Assembly (NCBI GenBank): GCA_964244895.1
Contig: CAXTKV010000080.1
Span: forward strand, 1-21,104
Origin: an uncultured Deinococcales bacterium
Lineage (GTDB): Bacteria > Deinococcota > Deinococci > Deinococcales > JAAFIG01
Length of the DNA: 21,104 nt
Direction of reading: 5' to 3'
Shown here in pieces: positions 17,432 through 21,104 of the stretch (its first letter is position 1; each line of letters begins with the position of its first letter). Position numbers and translations under genes: made by a program. Below the pieces are notes generated by a model that worked only from the letters and a program-made list of their open reading frames with translations, was not told where the DNA came from and made no database searches.

Positions 17432-18481
17432 ATGCGCGGGATCGTCCTGGGTTCTGGCGGATCGCAACCCACTCCGAAAGCGGCTTGCACGTGTCGCGTC
17501 TGCACTCGAGCCAGGCTCGAGGGCGGCAAAAACGCGCGCTCCGGCCCGAGCCTGTTCTTGCCGGATCACGGCGTGCTGATCGACACGCCAGAGGAATCGA
17601 ACGCGCAACTGAACGCGGCGGGCGTGCTGGAATTGAAGGCGCTCTTGTTCAGCCACTTTCACCCCGATCACACCGCCGGGGTGCGCGTGGTCGAGTACAT
17701 CGCGCGCTGGGGCGCTCCGGGCGTACCAAGTTTCATGCCGGAAGACCTCGAAGAGAGTCTGTCGCAGGTCAGCCTGTTTCGGTTTCAGCGCGACATGAAG
17801 CACCTGGAAGTCCGGCGCGTGCGGGATCGCGAGCCTTTTACGCTGGGCGAGTTGCGCGTCACGGCCCTGCGGCACCGTTCGGACATGCCGATGTACTCGT
17901 ATTTGTTTGAAGATTCCGGCGGGCGCGGCCTGTACACCTCGGATCATTTCATCACGCTCGACCTGGACGGGTTACGAGATCTGGATTGGGCACTGGTGCA
18001 GGTCGGGCTGATGCCGGAAGGCGCGCAGGAGCACTCCCTGCCGCCGGATCACCCGGCTCGCAAGGTGCTGGTGCCGATTGCTCGCGTCTGCGAGATGGCG
18101 GCGCAGCGCGGCTGGAAACGCTTGGTGTTCACGCACCTGTACGAGGCGATCCGTTTGCACCCGGAAGAATACGACGATCTGGCGCGCAAACTGTCCGAGC
18201 AGCACGGGCTGGACGTGGCGTTCGCCTTCGACGGCATGGTGCTCAAAGGTTCGGGCCCGGTCAACCTCGCGGGCTCGAGCCTGGAAAAAACCGTGCTCGA
18301 GCAACCCGTTTCGCTCGAGTCGCAGACCACCGAGGCGCTGCTCGAGCGCCTGCGCCAAAAGCGCGAGGCCATCGAACGCGAATACCGCGATGACCGTCCC
18401 CGGATGCGCCAGGAAATGCGGGAATTGATGCACGCGCCCGAACAGAAAGAACTGGAGCGCAGAAGTTCGAAGCGCGACTGA
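17432..18481 (+). CDS. MBL-fold metallo-hydrolase (PhnP-like) with C-terminal helical extension
   Basis: LGSGGS, CTCRVC Zn cluster, SHFHPDHTAG (HxHxDH), YTSD, FTHL, AFDGM; leaderless, TAAACT (17420-17425). Confidence 0.9.
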   Translation: MRGIVLGSGGSQPTPKAACTCRVCTRARLEGGKNARSGPSLFLPDHGVLIDTPEESNAQLNAAGVLELKALLFSHFHPDHTAGVRVVEYIARWGAPGVPSFMPEDLEESLSQVSLFRFQRDMKHLEVRRVRDREPFTLGELRVTALRHRSDMPMYSYLFEDSGGRGLYTSDHFITLDLDGLRDLDWALVQVGLMPEGAQEHSLPPDHPARKVLVPIARVCEMAAQRGWKRLVFTHLYEAIRLHPEEYDDLARKLSEQHGLDVAFAFDGMVLKGSGPVNLAGSSLEKTVLEQPVSLESQTTEALLERLRQKREAIEREYRDDRPRMRQEMRELMHAPEQKELERRSSKRD

Positions 18482-18530
18482 GCACCGTCCGGCACACGTT
18501 TCTAGGAATGCGTGCTGGACGGTGTTCTCG
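18481..18530. repeat. Family A palindromic repeat
   Basis: agcaccgtccggcacac...gcgtgctggacggtgttctcg starting at the MBL stop codon. Confidence 0.85.
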
Positions 18531-18595
18531 GCGCTGGTCGTCCTGGTCGCGCGGCTCAGAACGACCAGTGGTGTTTCTCGAGCCCCAATCCTTCG

Positions 18596-18622
18596 GCATT
18601 CTGAGGAGACGCGAAGAATCTT
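18596..18622. repeat. Family C repeat (inverted copy)
   Basis: gcattctgaggagacgcgaagaatctt; further ...CAGRATGAC-like ends near 18554, 18674 and 18690. Confidence 0.6.
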
Positions 18623-18798
18623 CGGGCGTTCCTCAGGCTTACGTCGTGTGAGACGGTCTTCTCGACCATTCCGTTCGGGATGACCAGTCGTTCAGGATGA
18701 CCACAGAAAAACGACAGCGTTCTCGAGCGTTCCACGGGCCAAGCCCGACGGTTAAAAGCCCGTCCCATTTCTCAGCGACTTGGACTAGACTCTGTATC

Positions 18799-20442
18799 GT
18801 GGATCACATCACCGGAGACGTGCTGGCGTGGTTGCGCGCGGAAATCATCGGCACAGACGCACGAATCGAGACGCCCTTCGGCCAGAGGCGCATCACCTAC
18901 GCCGATTACGTGGCCTCCGGAAAGTCGCTCGGGTACGTCGAGCGAACCCTACTGGAGCGCGTCATGCCGTCCTATGCGAACACGCACACCGAGGACAGCT
19001 TCACGGGCGCGCGCACCACCCACTACGCGCACGAGGCCGCCGAGTACATCAAAACCTGCCTGGGCGCGGACGAACGCTACAAGATCATCTTCACCGGCAC
19101 GGGTTCGACCGCCGCCATCAAACGCCTCCAGGAAATCCTGGGCCTGAGCGTCCCCAGCCCACTCCGAGCCCGCGTGCTCGAGGTCACGCGCCCAGAGGAG
19201 CGCCCCGTCGTGTTCGTCGGGCCGTACGAGCACCACTCCAACGAGGTCAGCTGGCGCGAGACGATCGCGGAAGTCGTCGAGATTCCGCTCTGCCCGAAAG
19301 GCTTGATTGACCTGGACGCGCTCCACGCGGGCCTGACCGATCCAAAATACGCCAACCGCCCGAAGATCGGTTCGTTCTCGGCGGCCAGCAACGTCACGGG
19401 CATCATCAGCGACACGCGCTCAATCGCGCGCCTGCTGCACGCCCAGGGCGCGTTCGCCTGCTTCGATTTCGCGGCCAGCGCACCCTACGTCAAGATTGAC
19501 CTGCGACCCGGCAAGTTAGATGGCTACGACGCCGTGTTCATCAGCCCGCACAAGTTCGTGGGCGGCCCCGGCACGCCCGGTGTTTTGGTCTTCAATCAGG
19601 CGATGTACGCCCTCGAGACGCCCAGCACGGCGGGTGGCGGAACCGTCACCTACGTCAGTTCCAGTGAGCACCATTTCGTGGCCGACATCGAAGCCCGAGA
19701 GGACGCGGGCACACCCGCGATCCTGCAAAAAATGCGCGCGGCGCTGGCCTTCTGGGTCAAGGCACAGGTCGGCACGGAACTGATCGAGGCGCGAGAGCGC
19801 GAGTTCAGCACCCGCGCCCTCGCGCGGCTGGGCGAGCACCCGAAGCTCGAGATTCTGGGAAATTTGAGCGCGAAGCGCCTCGCCATCGTGTCGTTCCTGG
19901 TGCGTTCGCAATCGGGCGGGCGTTACCTGCACCCGCGCTTCGTGGTGCGCTTGCTGAACGACCTGTTCGGTGTTCAGTCGCGCGGAGGTTGCGCCTGCGC
20001 CGGGCCTTACGGTCACGAATTGCTTCACATCGACGCGGAACGATCCAGGCAAACCTGGGCGAGCATTCAGGCCGGAATCGAGAGCATCAAGCCGGGCTGG
20101 ACGCGACTGAACTTCAATTACTTCATCACTGACCAAGAATTTGAATTCCTGCTGGCCGCAATTGAATTCGTGGCCGATCACGGCGCGAAGTTCGTGCCGC
20201 TCTACGATCTGGACTGGCGCACGGGCGCGTGGAAGCACGCCAGCGACAAACCGCACCCATCGCTGTTCGAGCCGCTCGAGCCTCACCATCTCGAGCCTTC
20301 GAGCACCGACCCGACACCGTTCCAGGCGTACCTGGAAGAAGCCCACCGGATCGCGTCCGGTCTGCCCGAACCGTTCGAGCGCCCGATCCCGCCGGATGTT
20401 TCCAGGCAGGTTTCCGACGAACTGGTGTTCTTCACGAGGTGA
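18799..20442 (+). CDS. Aminotransferase class V-fold PLP-dependent enzyme (cysteine desulfurase-like)
   Basis: YADYVASG, YEHHSN, AASNVTG, DFAA, SPHKFVGGPG (PLP Lys), RGGCACAGPYG; start GTG 18799 chosen from TAGACT (18786-18791) 7 nt upstream. Confidence 0.92.
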   Translation: MDHITGDVLAWLRAEIIGTDARIETPFGQRRITYADYVASGKSLGYVERTLLERVMPSYANTHTEDSFTGARTTHYAHEAAEYIKTCLGADERYKIIFTGTGSTAAIKRLQEILGLSVPSPLRARVLEVTRPEERPVVFVGPYEHHSNEVSWRETIAEVVEIPLCPKGLIDLDALHAGLTDPKYANRPKIGSFSAASNVTGIISDTRSIARLLHAQGAFACFDFAASAPYVKIDLRPGKLDGYDAVFISPHKFVGGPGTPGVLVFNQAMYALETPSTAGGGTVTYVSSSEHHFVADIEAREDAGTPAILQKMRAALAFWVKAQVGTELIEAREREFSTRALARLGEHPKLEILGNLSAKRLAIVSFLVRSQSGGRYLHPRFVVRLLNDLFGVQSRGGCACAGPYGHELLHIDAERSRQTWASIQAGIESIKPGWTRLNFNYFITDQEFEFLLAAIEFVADHGAKFVPLYDLDWRTGAWKHASDKPHPSLFEPLEPHHLEPSSTDPTPFQAYLEEAHRIASGLPEPFERPIPPDVSRQVSDELVFFTR

Positions 20443-20465
20443 TACCGTCCCGGACGGCGTTCTCG
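20441..20465. repeat. Family A repeat, short loopless variant
   Basis: gataccgtcccggacggcgttctcg overlapping the stop codon at 20442. Confidence 0.6.
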
Positions 20466-20560
20466 GGCGTGCAGGAAATGCGTTCCGGACGGCATCCAGA
20501 CCGTCCGTCGAAATCTCACGGCGCGCTGGTTGGGTCATGCCGTACACTCCATGACACCCC

Positions 20561-20980
20561 ATGACCGATCCAATCAGTGTTTCCTCGAGACAGACCCGAA
20601 CGTTCGCCTGGTTGGTCGCGCTGATCGCGCTCTGCGCCTGCCCCGCCCCGGTCAACATGGCTCCGGGTACGCCGCGCGGCCTGAAGGTCGCGCCGGGCGA
20701 CGCGCAGGTCGGATTGACCTGGACGGCCAACACGGACAGCGACCTGAAGGGTTACATCGTCTACTACGGCGTCGCCAGCGGCGCGTTGACCAACACGATC
20801 AACGTGCCCGCACCGACCGTCGCGGCGACGGTCACGGGGTTGACGAATGGCACGCTGTACCTGTTCGCGGTGGCCGCGCAGGACAACGCGGGCAATACGT
20901 CCAGGAAGACGACGGCGCTTCAGGGAAAGCCGGTCGCGCCACCGCCACCCGCGCCACCATTAGCGCCGCCGACGCCGTAA
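20561..20980 (+). CDS. Fibronectin type III domain protein, probable lipoprotein
   Basis: LIALCAC lipobox-like signal; PGTPRGL, VGLTW, GYIVYYG, VTGLTNGTLYLFAVAAQDNAGN Fn3 pattern; Pro-rich tail. Confidence 0.82.
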   Translation: MTDPISVSSRQTRTFAWLVALIALCACPAPVNMAPGTPRGLKVAPGDAQVGLTWTANTDSDLKGYIVYYGVASGALTNTINVPAPTVAATVTGLTNGTLYLFAVAAQDNAGNTSRKTTALQGKPVAPPPPAPPLAPPTP

Positions 20981-21039
20981 CCGTTGGGAACGCGCACGCT
21001 CGAGATCGCACTCGGCATGATCTCGAGGGATTCGCTTCA

Positions 21040-21081
21040 GAGAACACCGTCCAGCACGCATGTTCGTAAACGCGTGCTGGA
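21040..21081. repeat. Family A palindromic repeat
   Basis: gagaacaccgtccagcacgc...gcgtgctgga. Confidence 0.8.
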
Positions 21082-21104
21082 GCGCGAACAGCCCGGCAGG
21101 TGCT

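Noticed and set aside
1805..21081. Family A repeats as a CRISPR array
   Set aside because: Copies are dispersed kilobases apart at gene ends, not tandem with spacers, and there are no cas genes.

Overview
A GC-rich bacterial chromosome segment that looks like Deinococcota: Thermus/Deinococcus-type PheS, many leaderless genes with a TANNNT -10 box 5-7 nt before the start codon, and strong CTCGAG enrichment. Genes in order: partial DUF2330 protein, DsbA-like thioredoxin, pheT, four-helix-bundle (IVS/bAvd-like) protein, pheS, DinB, HAD hydrolase, ubiE/menG plus a coupled hypothetical, a luxS-mtnN-marR operon, an exported hypothetical, Cof-type HAD, queA, NYN protein, a membrane hypothetical, M20 dipeptidase, MBL-fold hydrolase, class V PLP enzyme and an Fn3 protein. 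The most notable item is the four-helix-bundle gene wedged between pheS and pheT and bracketed by inverted 7-bp tandem repeats that could loop it out of the mRNA; a similar gene-less heptamer inverted repeat lies upstream of queA. Also present are a candidate leaderless leader-peptide attenuator for pheST and three families of intergenic palindromic repeats, one of which sits right against stop codons. All calls come from reading the sequence; no searches or folding programs were run.
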